Positions 20,169 to 30,044 of a DNA stretch of 64,000 nucleotides are shown here, one piece after another. This DNA is from Oceanispirochaeta sp. (GTDB lineage Bacteria > Spirochaetota > Spirochaetia > DSM-2461). Each line of letters begins with the position of its first letter. Position 1 is the first letter of the stretch. The DNA lies in the NCBI GenBank assembly GCA_963663385.2, contig CAXXXD010000001.1, positions 96,001-160,000 on the forward strand, read 5' to 3'. The translations under genes and the position numbers were made by a program. The notes under the pieces were generated by a model. It made no database searches and was not told the DNA's origin. It saw only the letters and a list, made by a program, of their open reading frames with translations.

Positions 20169-20825
20169 TCATTTCCCCTGGCCGTAATGATTCCTGGCAA
20201 AATCCTGCATGGCGCGAATGTCTTCTTCCGAGATAAGCTTGGGAGTCCCGATAGCTCTGGCCATATAGTAGATCCGTGCGGATTTCTCCACTACAAAGAT
20301 ATTTTTCATGGCACCGGGGAAATCCGCTCCGACCACAACGGTCCCGTGATTGGGAATCATAACGGCATTTCTTTCGCCCAGGCCTTTAACGACATTCTCT
20401 GCCAGTTCGGGCGTTCCGGGCAGAGCATAGTCACAGTTGATAATCTTATCGCCGATGATCTGTACAAAATCTTCACTTATCCCGGGAAGATCTTCGTTGA
20501 GAACTCCGAAAACACTGGAATAGACCGGATGGGTATGAATAACGACATTCACATCCTTTCGGGCATTCATAATTGCAATATGAAAATTGAACTCGATTGA
20601 AGGTTTTCTATGACCGTCAACGACTTCGAAGTCCGAGTTCATTACAACAACATCCTCTTCCTTTATATCCGGGTAGGGCATTCCGCTCGGCTTGATATAA
20701 ATCAGGCCGGTTTCGGGATCTCGTGTACTGAGGTTCCCCCAGGTCCCTACGGTAAGTCCCTGATCAAGCATATTCATACCGGCATCAACAATTTCTTTTT
20801 TCAACGCTCTGGAAATTTTCGGCAT
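20169..20825 (-). CDS. Class II aldolase (FucA-like; probable methylthio-/5-deoxy-ribulose-1-phosphate aldolase)
   Basis: GTWGNLS, KPSG, PSIE, HTH, NHG Zn motifs; divergent from the mtnA operon. Confidence 0.85.
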   Translation of the reverse strand: MPKISRALKKEIVDAGMNMLDQGLTVGTWGNLSTRDPETGLIYIKPSGMPYPDIKEEDVVVMNSDFEVVDGHRKPSIEFNFHIAIMNARKDVNVVIHTHPVYSSVFGVLNEDLPGISEDFVQIIGDKIINCDYALPGTPELAENVVKGLGERNAVMIPNHGTVVVGADFPGAMKNIFVVEKSARIYYMARAIGTPKLISEEDIRAMQDFARNHYGQGK

Positions 20826-20936
20826 TGTATTTCTCCTTGGTCTTTTATATCCAATACATTTATAAGAATTTTATCCTGCCTCTGTAACAGGCAAAGAGAA
20901 CAATTCTTCTCTAAATAGTAATAATACCCTCTTCCC

Positions 20937-20957
20937 TTCCTGTCAACCTGACAGGAA
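20937..20957. promoter_or_regulatory. Perfect 9-bp inverted repeat, candidate GntR operator
   Basis: TTCCTGTCA-ACC-TGACAGGAA in the divergent aldolase/GntR intergenic region. Confidence 0.55.
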
Positions 20958-21015
20958 ACCCATATCTGATTTATCCAACATAAATTAATAAAACCATGAT
21001 TTTAGCAAATATTAT

Positions 21016-21044
21016 TTGACAACACAAACATTCAGTTATAACCT
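21016..21044 (+). promoter_or_regulatory. Putative sigma70 promoter of the gntR-mtnA operon
   Basis: TTGACA-17 nt-TAACCT. Confidence 0.5.
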
Positions 21045-21053
21045 GAGCAATAT

Positions 21054-21863
21054 ATGTCTGAGGAATCAAACGATATTATGCCTAAAATTGCAAATTTGTC
21101 CGACATTTCAAAAACACGAAACAAGGCTCTCAAGAAACTCAAAGGAAGCAAGGGCCAGACTCTCAGCCATATGGCGCGGAAGAGGATTATCGAGTATATC
21201 AAAAAGAATGAGGTCCAGCCCAACGACGCCCTTCCTACTGAAGCTGCCTTTATGAAAATTCTGGATGCCAGCCGGCATACCGTAAGAGAAGCCCTGGTTC
21301 TGATGGAACAGGAAAACCTTATCTACAAGATTCAGGGAAAAGGGACATTCCTGAAAAAACGGCCGATTCATATTGAGAGCGGCCTGGAAAAGCTGGAAAG
21401 CATCACAGAAACGGTAGAAGGATATGATCTGACCCCGGGAACGCAGTGGATCGGCATAGAGATCAAGAATCCTACCGAACAGATGACCGAAGAGCTGAAT
21501 CTGACACCCGGAGAAAAAGTCATAACCTTTAAAAGGGTCAGAACCGCAAACGGGAACCTGGCTTCCTACTGTGTCGATACCATGCCCCTCAGATACTTTG
21601 AGACGATTCCTCATGAGATCAATGAGGAATCGCTCTTCTCCTATCTGGAGAAGAATCTGGGGATTCATATTGAGAGCGCTGTTACCTATCTTGTCCCCAC
21701 TCTCCCCACCGGAGAGATGACTCATGAACTGGGAGTCCCGCAGGATCAGCTCTTTCTTCTGCTTCAGCAAATCCACTTTGACAGCAAAGGAACCCCGATG
21801 ATTTTTTCCAATGATTATTTCCAGCCGGATATTTTTAAATTCAAAGTCAATAGAACACGTTGA
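21054..21863 (+). CDS. GntR-family (HutC/UTRA) transcriptional regulator
   Basis: LPTE...SRHTVREAL...QGKGTF wHTH plus UTRA domain. Confidence 0.92.
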   Translation: MSEESNDIMPKIANLSDISKTRNKALKKLKGSKGQTLSHMARKRIIEYIKKNEVQPNDALPTEAAFMKILDASRHTVREALVLMEQENLIYKIQGKGTFLKKRPIHIESGLEKLESITETVEGYDLTPGTQWIGIEIKNPTEQMTEELNLTPGEKVITFKRVRTANGNLASYCVDTMPLRYFETIPHEINEESLFSYLEKNLGIHIESAVTYLVPTLPTGEMTHELGVPQDQLFLLLQQIHFDSKGTPMIFSNDYFQPDIFKFKVNRTR

Positions 21864-21869
21864 GAGGTA

Positions 21870-22931
21870 GTGATGAGCAAAATTATTTCGATGAAGTATG
21901 AAGAGGGCGTTTTAAAACTGATAGATCAGAGAAAACTCCCCGCAGAGTATGTCTATTTTGAGTGCAGGACTTATACGGAGGTTGAGTTTGCCATCAAGGA
22001 TATGGTTGTAAGGGGGGCTCCTGCCATCGGTGCGACCGCAGCCTACGGCGCACTTCTTGCTGCCCGTCAGTTTATCACCGATTATCCTGAGGATCGTTCC
22101 CGCTTTCTTTCAGAAATGGATAAGGCCCTCGATTTTCTGAATAACTCCAGACCCACAGCCGTCAACCTGATGTGGGCCGTAAAGAAAATGAAAGACTGCC
22201 TTGCCGCCAATGCGCAGGACCCGGATTCCCTTCTCATGGAAAAGATTCAGAGTCTTGCAGACAGCATCTTTGAGGAAGACAGGGAACTATGCATCAGCAT
22301 GGGACGACACGGTAACACGGTAATCCCCGAAGGAGCGACAATCCTGACCCACTGCAATACGGGGGCCCTGGCAGCGGCAGGACCCGGTACGGCTCTGGCA
22401 GTTGTACGGGAAGCCCACAATACGGGTAAGGGGATTTTCGTTTATGCTGATGAAACCCGTCCCAGAATCCAGGGCGGCCGTCTGACCGCCTGGGAACTGA
22501 TGCAGGAAAAGATCCCCTCCAAACTGATTGTGGACAGCACGGCGGCCACACTTATCCGCGACGGAAAAATCGATGTTATCCTTGTGGGTGCCGACCGGAT
22601 CGCCAACAATGGAGACGCCGCCAACAAGATCGGGACCTTTATGCTCTCGGTTCTGGCAAAAACCTATAATGTCCCCTTTTATATTGTAGCTCCGGTTACA
22701 ACCATTGATTTTGAGATGGAAAGCGGAGATGAAATTGAAATCGAAGAAAGGGATGCCTCGGAAATTACCCATATCAACGGGGTACAGATTGCTCCGGAAG
22801 GGATGGAAGTATACAATCCGGCCTTCGATGTAACACCCCATGAAAATATCACCGGTATTGTTACAGACCGGGGAATCATCTATCCGCCCTTCAAGGAGGG
22901 GATTGCAGACCTTAAGGAGTCTATAAAGTGA
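21870..22931 (+). CDS. mtnA: S-methyl-5-thioribose-1-phosphate isomerase
   Basis: DQRKLP, VRGAPAIG, SRPTAVNL, THCNTG, ETRP, GDAANKIGT, NPAFDVTP. Confidence 0.95.
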   Translation: MMSKIISMKYEEGVLKLIDQRKLPAEYVYFECRTYTEVEFAIKDMVVRGAPAIGATAAYGALLAARQFITDYPEDRSRFLSEMDKALDFLNNSRPTAVNLMWAVKKMKDCLAANAQDPDSLLMEKIQSLADSIFEEDRELCISMGRHGNTVIPEGATILTHCNTGALAAAGPGTALAVVREAHNTGKGIFVYADETRPRIQGGRLTAWELMQEKIPSKLIVDSTAATLIRDGKIDVILVGADRIANNGDAANKIGTFMLSVLAKTYNVPFYIVAPVTTIDFEMESGDEIEIEERDASEITHINGVQIAPEGMEVYNPAFDVTPHENITGIVTDRGIIYPPFKEGIADLKESIK

Positions 22932-24682
22932 GTTCTGCAGCCAATGCTATAGAAATCAGAGACCTTTCTTTCCGCTATAAAAGCGAAACCAGCGAAAAGA
23001 ATCCGCTTGCCCTGGATAATATCAACCTTGATATAAAGAAGGGCGAGTTCGTAGTCATTATGGGGCCAAGCGGCGCGGGAAAGTCCACCCTGGCCAACTG
23101 TCTCAACGGCCTTATCCCCCATTTTCAGCGCGGAGAGTATGAGGGCGAAGTAAAAGTCGATGAACTGATTGTTAAAAATGAGAAAGTCGGCCGCATGTCC
23201 AAAGAGATCGGCCTTGTTTTTCAGGACTTTGAAGCCCAGCTTTTTTCTACCAACACCATGCTGGAGCTGGCCTTCGGACCGGAAAACTTCGGAGTCCCCA
23301 GAGAGGAGATTCACAGACGGATTCTGGATGTCCTGAAAACAGTACAGCTTGAAGGGTTTGAGGAACGTCAGCCCTCCACCTTGTCGGGGGGACAGAAACA
23401 GCGACTGGCCATCGGATCCATACTGGCCACGGAACCCGAAATCATCTGTATGGATGAGCCCACTACCGACCTGGATCCTGTGGGGAAAATGGGAATCTTC
23501 AAGATTGCCCGGCACCTGCACTCCAAAAGTGAGTTCACCCTGCTGATTATTGAACACGAAACAGAAGAGGCTCTTCATGCGGACAGACTTATTCTGATGG
23601 AAAACGGTATCGTTCTCAAAGACGGCAGGCCCCGGGATATTCTGAAGGAAGTCGCCCTGACCGACAGAATCGGAATCCAGTCCCTTCAGGTGCCCAAGTT
23701 CTTCAAGGATCATCTGAAAGCTGAAACAGCCACTCTCCCCATGACTCCGGAGGAGGGATACGAAGCTTTTAACAAACTGGGAATTTCCATAGATGAGGAA
23801 GCTTATAACACAATCCTTAAAGCAGATGAAACCCGGGAGGCATCCTACGGTGAAGTTCTTATCGATGTCAAAGATCTGGTACATGTCTATCCCAACGGGA
23901 ACAAAGCGCTCAGGGGAGTCAGCATCCAGGTCCGGAAGGGAGAGTTCCTGGCTGTATTAGGGCATAACGGCAGCGGCAAGACCACCATGGTCAAACATTT
24001 CAACGGATTACTGTCTCCCAGTGAAGGGGACATCATCGTAAGAGACAAGAATACGAAGGAATCATCCATATTTGAAATCGGCAAAACGGTAGGTTATGTA
24101 TTCCAGAATCCCGATCATCAGATTTTCTCCGATACAGTATTCGAAGAGGTATCCTTCAGCCCCAAACTGAGAGGCTGCAGCAAAGAAGAGATCAGAGAAC
24201 GGGTAACGGAAGCCCTTAAAGCCGTTGGAATGGAGGGAACCGAAGAGGAAGATCCCTTCTCCATGACCAAAGGACAGAGACAGCGGATCGCGGTTGCCTC
24301 GGTACTGTCTGCCAAACCGGAAGTCATTATTCTGGATGAACCCACAACCGGACTGGATTACAAGGAACAGCGCCAGATGATGGAGCTTATCCGGAATCTG
24401 AACCAGAAGGGACACACCATTATCATGATTACCCATACCATGTGGGTCGTTGCCGAATACGCCCATAAAGTCGCTGTGGTTAAGGACGGTGAAATGAGTA
24501 TGTACGGCAGAACAAGAGATGTCTTCAAGGATGAGGACACCCTGATGGAATCCTATCTGAAAACCCCGCATATTGTTAATTTAAGCAACAAATTAGGCAA
24601 GACCGTTCTCTCTGTAGATGAGATGAAAAGCTGTGTAAACGCAGCCGCCGAAAAGACGGTGTCCGCAGGAATAGGAGAATAA
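22928..24682 (+). CDS. ECF transporter duplicated ATPase (A-A')
   Basis: Two NBDs (GPSGAGKS/LSGGQKQ/MDEP and GHNGSGKT/MTKGQRQ/LDEP), VFQNPDHQ. Confidence 0.92.
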   Translation: MSSAANAIEIRDLSFRYKSETSEKNPLALDNINLDIKKGEFVVIMGPSGAGKSTLANCLNGLIPHFQRGEYEGEVKVDELIVKNEKVGRMSKEIGLVFQDFEAQLFSTNTMLELAFGPENFGVPREEIHRRILDVLKTVQLEGFEERQPSTLSGGQKQRLAIGSILATEPEIICMDEPTTDLDPVGKMGIFKIARHLHSKSEFTLLIIEHETEEALHADRLILMENGIVLKDGRPRDILKEVALTDRIGIQSLQVPKFFKDHLKAETATLPMTPEEGYEAFNKLGISIDEEAYNTILKADETREASYGEVLIDVKDLVHVYPNGNKALRGVSIQVRKGEFLAVLGHNGSGKTTMVKHFNGLLSPSEGDIIVRDKNTKESSIFEIGKTVGYVFQNPDHQIFSDTVFEEVSFSPKLRGCSKEEIRERVTEALKAVGMEGTEEEDPFSMTKGQRQRIAVASVLSAKPEVIILDEPTTGLDYKEQRQMMELIRNLNQKGHTIIMITHTMWVVAEYAHKVAVVKDGEMSMYGRTRDVFKDEDTLMESYLKTPHIVNLSNKLGKTVLSVDEMKSCVNAAAEKTVSAGIGE

Positions 24683-24686
24683 AGTT

Positions 24687-25481
24687 ATGGATATGTTTTT
24701 ATACCTCGACAAGGATACCTTTCTGCACCGTCTTGATCCGAGAACAAAGATGTTTGTCATGCTCTGCTCTTTTATCATCGCCCTCAGCTTCACATCACTC
24801 TATGTTCTGGCTGGACTCTCGATAGTTATCATTGCCTATGGGATGGCAGGACGGGTTCTGAGCAATCTGAAACGCATCTGGTTCATACTTGTTATGATAT
24901 TTCTGTTTTCAATTGTCCTCTGGTCGCTTACCTTCGGCGGCCCGACAAAACTCTGGGGCCCCATTTCCCTGGAAGGGCTGGAGTACGGAATTATGACGGG
25001 AATCCGTTTCGATATCATGATCGTATCGGGGATGATCTTTCTCAGTGCGTCCAAGATTGAAGAGATATCCCTGGGACTTGTAAAGCTGAAACTGCCCTAC
25101 CGCGGCGCCTTTGCGTTTTCCACCGCCATCCGCCTGGTCCCCATGATCGTTGCGACCAGCTACACCATTGCGGAAGCCCAGAAATCCCGGGGGCTGGATC
25201 TTGAATCGGGAAACTTTTTTCAGAGGGCCAGAAAATTTGTTCCCCTTCTGGTTCCCACACTGATTTCGGTAATCCGGGGTACAAATGTGTTTGCCATGGC
25301 ACTGGAATCCAAAGGCTTTGGCTATTCAGAAAAAAGAACCAACTATATGGATATCCATTTTAAAAAAAGTGATGGCATGGTATTCACAATATCATTTATT
25401 CTAACAGCAGGAATGATTGTCGCCCATATCATGGGACTTGATGACACTCTGTATTCATGGATCAAAAGTCTCCGGATCTAG
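24687..25481 (+). CDS. ECF transporter T component (EcfT/CbiQ family)
   Basis: LHRLDPRTK, AQKSRG, ALESKG motifs. Confidence 0.92.
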   Translation: MDMFLYLDKDTFLHRLDPRTKMFVMLCSFIIALSFTSLYVLAGLSIVIIAYGMAGRVLSNLKRIWFILVMIFLFSIVLWSLTFGGPTKLWGPISLEGLEYGIMTGIRFDIMIVSGMIFLSASKIEEISLGLVKLKLPYRGAFAFSTAIRLVPMIVATSYTIAEAQKSRGLDLESGNFFQRARKFVPLLVPTLISVIRGTNVFAMALESKGFGYSEKRTNYMDIHFKKSDGMVFTISFILTAGMIVAHIMGLDDTLYSWIKSLRI

Positions 25482-25544
25482 TCCGGATTCTTTCTGATAG
25501 ATAAAGACTTTGATAATCAGATAAATATCTGAGGAGGAAAGAAA

Positions 25545-26345
25545 GTGAAAGACGTTTTCAAGATGTGGAAAGAGACAAAAATGGTTGTTCTCGTCGCCCT
25601 TTGTGCGGGTATCTACGCAGCGGTACTGATTCCTTTTAAGGGATTTGTAATCATCCCCGGTTTTACAGAGTTCAGACCCGCCAGCGGCCTTCCCATTATG
25701 ATGGGACTTCTCTTCGGCCCCGCAGGAGCATGGGGAGCGGCTATCGGTAACCTGATCGGAGACTTTTTCGGCTCCCTGGGAATCGGCAGTACATTCGGTT
25801 TTGTCGGAAACTTTCTGTTTGCCTATGTCCCCTACAAAGTATGGAGAAACCTGGGAATCATGAAAGAGGATGAACTGGAACCCAGCCTCAAGTCAGGAAA
25901 ACAGATCGGAGCTTTTGTACTGGTTTCTTTCCTCGGAGCGGCAGCCTGTGCCCTCTTTATAGCCTGGGGTCTGGACCTCCTTCAGATGGTTCCCTTTGCC
26001 GCGCTGGGAACAATCATTACAGCCAACAACTTTATCCCTTCCGTCGTTCTTGGTATCCCTCTTACTCTGGTTCTCTATCCCAGAATCAAGAAGTGGCACC
26101 TTCTCTGGACGGATATCATGGCTGAAGAAGATATTCCCGTAATCAATGCCAAATCAAGAATTTCCGGGATCCTTATGACCATCTTTACAGTCGGCGGAAT
26201 TGTGGGCGGTCTGTTTTTCGCTCTCGGAGGCGGACAGGAAATGTTTGCAGCCGGTTTTGGCGCAGGCGGTGCAGGAAACATCGGCGTAGCCGTTATAGCC
26301 GGTATCGGTTCAATCGGTATCCTCATTGCAGGTATTATCGAATAA
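25545..26345 (+). CDS. ECF transporter S component (QueT/MtsT-like)
   Basis: Highly hydrophobic; EFRPA..LP..MGLLFGPAGAWGAAIGNLIGD motif; GAGGAGG RBS. Confidence 0.8.
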   Translation: MKDVFKMWKETKMVVLVALCAGIYAAVLIPFKGFVIIPGFTEFRPASGLPIMMGLLFGPAGAWGAAIGNLIGDFFGSLGIGSTFGFVGNFLFAYVPYKVWRNLGIMKEDELEPSLKSGKQIGAFVLVSFLGAAACALFIAWGLDLLQMVPFAALGTIITANNFIPSVVLGIPLTLVLYPRIKKWHLLWTDIMAEEDIPVINAKSRISGILMTIFTVGGIVGGLFFALGGGQEMFAAGFGAGGAGNIGVAVIAGIGSIGILIAGIIE

Positions 26346-26450
26346 TCTGTTTACCAGCAGACTCCCGGGCAGTCCGGGGGGCTGTTATTTATTTTTCAGG
26401 CTGGTCGCAAGCGGAGCTTGCTTCCCGCCTATGCAACCTAGGAGACTCCA

Positions 26451-27638
26451 TTGAAAAAAGATGATTTTAAATTCGACACCCTTTCCATACATGCCGGAGG
26501 TAAGCACAGGAATCCCGAAAACGCTCTCAATCCTCCGATTTTTCAGACATCCACCTTTGTATTCGAAAGTACGGACCATGTGGATGATGTTATGTCCTTC
26601 AAGAGCGATGACTATGTTTACACAAGGGGAAACAACCCGACATTGAGGCTCCTGGAACAGAGAATGGCCGTTCTGGAAAACGGCAGCTCCGCAGTTGCCT
26701 TTGCTTCGGGGATGGCGGCTATCAGCTCCGTTCTCTTCTCTCTCACAAAACCCGGTGATAATATTCTGGTTCACAAGACTCTCTACGGTTCGTCCTACAA
26801 TGTGGTGACCTCACTGCTTCCCAAATACAATGTTACCAGCCGGATCCACGATCTGTCCAATACAGAAAATCTGGGAGATGCCGTTGATGAGAACACAAAA
26901 GTTATCTATTTTGAAACCCCCAGCAATCCCAATCTTTCCATTATTGATATTGAAAAAATCACCTCCTTTGCCAAAGGAAGAGGTATAAAAGTCGTTATAG
27001 ATAATACATTTGCCACCCCCTACTTTCAGCGGCCCCTGGAAATGGGCGTCGATGTGGTGGTTCACTCGGCTACAAAGTACATCTGCGGCCACGGCGATGT
27101 GGTAGCCGGCATTGCGGTTGCCAGGGATGATAAATACATTCAGACTCTGAAGTTCGATTATATGTGCGAGTTCGGCGGCGTCATGAGCCCCTTCAACGCC
27201 TGGCTCCTCCTGAGAGGCCTCAAAACCCTGGGAGTCAGAATGAGACAGCACGAACAGAATGCCATGGCAATAGCCCGCTACCTGGAAAAACATCCCAAGG
27301 TTACCTCCGTTCTGTATCCGGGACTGGAGTCTTTCCCGGGTCACAAAGTAGCCGCCAGGCAGATGAGCGGGTTCGGCGCCATGATCAGTTTCGAGGTGGA
27401 CGGCGGTCTGGATAAGGCTAAAAAAGTTGTCAACAGCGTCAAACTGGCCCAGCTGGCTGTAAGCCTGGGAGACTGTGAAACCCTGATCGAACTGCCCGCA
27501 GCCATGACCCACAGGGGCTATGATAAAGCCAAACTGGCGGAATTCGGCCTGACAGAGAGTATGGTCAGGATCTCTGCCGGACTGGAAGACGTGGAAGATC
27601 TCATCAAAGATATCGATCAGGCCCTGGCGCAGATCTGA
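26451..27638 (+). CDS. PLP-dependent Cys/Met gamma-lyase family enzyme (methionine gamma-lyase-like)
   Basis: PPIFQTSTF, YTRGNNPT, FASGMAA, ETPSNP, DNTF, SATKYICGHGD, AVSLG. Confidence 0.88.
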   Translation: MKKDDFKFDTLSIHAGGKHRNPENALNPPIFQTSTFVFESTDHVDDVMSFKSDDYVYTRGNNPTLRLLEQRMAVLENGSSAVAFASGMAAISSVLFSLTKPGDNILVHKTLYGSSYNVVTSLLPKYNVTSRIHDLSNTENLGDAVDENTKVIYFETPSNPNLSIIDIEKITSFAKGRGIKVVIDNTFATPYFQRPLEMGVDVVVHSATKYICGHGDVVAGIAVARDDKYIQTLKFDYMCEFGGVMSPFNAWLLLRGLKTLGVRMRQHEQNAMAIARYLEKHPKVTSVLYPGLESFPGHKVAARQMSGFGAMISFEVDGGLDKAKKVVNSVKLAQLAVSLGDCETLIELPAAMTHRGYDKAKLAEFGLTESMVRISAGLEDVEDLIKDIDQALAQI

Positions 27639-27732
27639 CAAACAGATATTCATCCGGTACGGCAGTATCCCGTTCCGGATACCCCCCGCTGCAGTCAACC
27701 GGCGGCAGTATTGATCACCATGGAGGAATATA

Positions 27733-29031
27733 GTGAAAATTCTGATACAGGGAGGACAAATCCTGACAATGGCTCAGGATGAACCCGAAATACTACAGAC
27801 GGATATCGGTATCGACAACGACAGGATTGCCTTTATCGGCGCTCCTTCAGCCGGATTCAAAGCAGACAAAACAATAGATGCCTCGGACACCCTGATAATG
27901 CCCGGTCTCGTAAATGCCCATACGCATATATCCATGTCCCTTCTGCGCAGCTACGCCGATGATCTTCCCTTCTGGGAATGGCTCTTTGAAAGAATTATGC
28001 CCGTTGAAGAGAACATGACCTCCGAATTTGCCTACAACGGGGCCCGTCTGAGCCTGATTGAGATGATAAAGAGCGGAACCACCACCTTTGCTGACATGTA
28101 TTTTTTTATGGACAGGGTCGCCCAGGCGGTGGAAGAGAGCGGTGTCAGAGCCAATCTGTCGCGGGGCGCGACTTTCATCAATGGCGACAGCGACCTGGAT
28201 AAACTGGATGAATCCGAAGAGTTTTTTACTAAGTGGAACGGCAGAGCCGATGGCCGTATTAAAGTGGATATTGCCCCGCACGCCCCCTATACCTGCCCTC
28301 CCAAATACATAAAACTCTGCGGAGAACTGGCCCGGAAGCTGGGAACCAACATTCATATCCACCTGTCCGAAAGCCGCAAGGAGGTTGAGGACAGCAGAAA
28401 GGAACACGGGAAATCGCCCATTCAGCATGTGCATGATCTGGGACTTTTTGATTCCCGTACCTATGCGGCCCACTGTGTCCATATTTCCGAAGACGATATA
28501 AAAATCATGGCGGAAAAGGGTGTTACAGCAGTAAACAATCCCACAAGCAACTTCAAACTGGCCAATGGATTCGCCCCTGTGACAAAACTCCTTGAAGCAG
28601 GTGTGAATGTGGCTCTCGGAACAGACGGTCCCGGCTGCAATAACAACACCAATATGTTTGAAGAGATTAACCTGGCGGCTCTGGCCAACAAGGCTGTCGA
28701 GGAAAATCCAACAGTAGTTCCGGCTTATACAGCTCTTAAAATGGCCACTGTTAACGGAGCGAAGGCTTTAGGACTGGAGGATGAAATCGGTACTCTGGAA
28801 AAGGGAAAGAAAGCCGATATGATACTGATTGACCTGAAAAAGGCTCATTTCTATCCCCGGTATAACCTGATATCCTCCCTGGTTTATTCTGCACAGGGAT
28901 CAGATGTAAAAACGGTACTCTGTAACGGCAGGATTCTTATGGAAGATTACAAACTGCTTACTCTGGATGAAGAAACAGTATTCAGGGAAGCAGAAATATC
29001 AGCCCGTAAAATGACAGGAGAGATGGCATGA
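27733..29031 (+). CDS. mtaD: 5-methylthioadenosine/S-adenosylhomocysteine deaminase (MtaD paralogue 2)
   Basis: NAHTH, APHAPYT, HIHLSES, AHCVH, GTDG motifs; in operon with mtnA and mtnP. Confidence 0.85.
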   Translation: MKILIQGGQILTMAQDEPEILQTDIGIDNDRIAFIGAPSAGFKADKTIDASDTLIMPGLVNAHTHISMSLLRSYADDLPFWEWLFERIMPVEENMTSEFAYNGARLSLIEMIKSGTTTFADMYFFMDRVAQAVEESGVRANLSRGATFINGDSDLDKLDESEEFFTKWNGRADGRIKVDIAPHAPYTCPPKYIKLCGELARKLGTNIHIHLSESRKEVEDSRKEHGKSPIQHVHDLGLFDSRTYAAHCVHISEDDIKIMAEKGVTAVNNPTSNFKLANGFAPVTKLLEAGVNVALGTDGPGCNNNTNMFEEINLAALANKAVEENPTVVPAYTALKMATVNGAKALGLEDEIGTLEKGKKADMILIDLKKAHFYPRYNLISSLVYSAQGSDVKTVLCNGRILMEDYKLLTLDEETVFREAEISARKMTGEMA

Positions 29032-29795
29032 GAAAAGCAATAATCGGCGGAACCGGAGTTTATGATACCCCGGGAATGACCCGCACAGAAACAGTTAATA
29101 CCAAATACGGTAATGTTGAGGTGGATATTGTAAAATGGGAGAATGAGGAAATTGTCTTTCTGGCAAGACACGGAAAAGGCCATTCGGTCCCCCCCCATCT
29201 GATCAACTACAGAGCCAATATGATGGCGCTCAAACAGCTGGATGTCAGTCATATCTATGCAACCTGTGCCGTAGGTTCCTGCAACAGAAACTATGCCCCC
29301 GGAGATACTGTGATTATCAGAGATTTTCTGGATTTCACCAAAATCCGCCCGGTAACGTTTTTTGACGGAGAAGAAGGTGTCAAGCATACCGATATGTCAG
29401 ATCCCTACTGTAAAAACCTGAGGGCCCTATACAGCAGGGAGGCCGCTAAAGAGGGCATTGAGATCAAGGGGGATGCCGTATACGTCTGCACCGAAGGACC
29501 CCGGTTTGAAACAGCCGCCGAAATCAGAATGTATGAAAAGATGGGCGGGGATGTTGTGGGAATGACCAATGTTCCGGAAGTGCAGCTGGCCAAGGAGCTG
29601 GGGATATGCTATGCCGCCGTAGGGCTGATTACAAACTGGTGTACCGGCTTCGTGAGCGATGACATTGTGATCCATGACATTATGGCAACCATGGCAGCCA
29701 ACAAGGATGCCATTACAAAGCTTTTTCTGTCTATTCTCTCAAATGATCCGAAGCGGGATAAATGCAGCTGTCGGAATGCCGTTATGGATATGTAA
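29028..29795 (+). CDS. mtnP: Methylthio-nucleoside phosphorylase, probably S-methyl-5'-thioinosine (6-oxopurine) type
   Basis: IIGGTG, LARHG..H..PPH.INYRAN, EGPRFETAAE, VGMT; ITNW instead of MTAP TDYD. Confidence 0.88.
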   Translation: MRKAIIGGTGVYDTPGMTRTETVNTKYGNVEVDIVKWENEEIVFLARHGKGHSVPPHLINYRANMMALKQLDVSHIYATCAVGSCNRNYAPGDTVIIRDFLDFTKIRPVTFFDGEEGVKHTDMSDPYCKNLRALYSREAAKEGIEIKGDAVYVCTEGPRFETAAEIRMYEKMGGDVVGMTNVPEVQLAKELGICYAAVGLITNWCTGFVSDDIVIHDIMATMAANKDAITKLFLSILSNDPKRDKCSCRNAVMDM

Positions 29796-30044
29796 CACCC
29801 CCCTGAAGATCCCCGGGGCATTCAGATCAACCAGGATCGGTTTCGAATGCTTTGGGGATTGGAATGACTGTTAAGTATTTATCGGAATAACAGAAGATAA
29901 ATACATACAAAAAAAGACATTTAATGTAAATAAATTAGAACAAAATCTTCTTATTCATGAATATTTATGTATAATATTGATGATATAGTCATTTTTGAGA
30001 TTATTGCGATAATCGATTATACTAACTGGTAAGGAGATTTATCC

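Noticed and set aside
22880..23884. 334-aa minus-strand ORF, and similar long antisense ORFs at 12214-13038, 26811-27698, 3119-3901 and 43757-44518
   Set aside because: They lie entirely opposite well-supported genes and show no recognisable motifs; typical codon-bias shadows.
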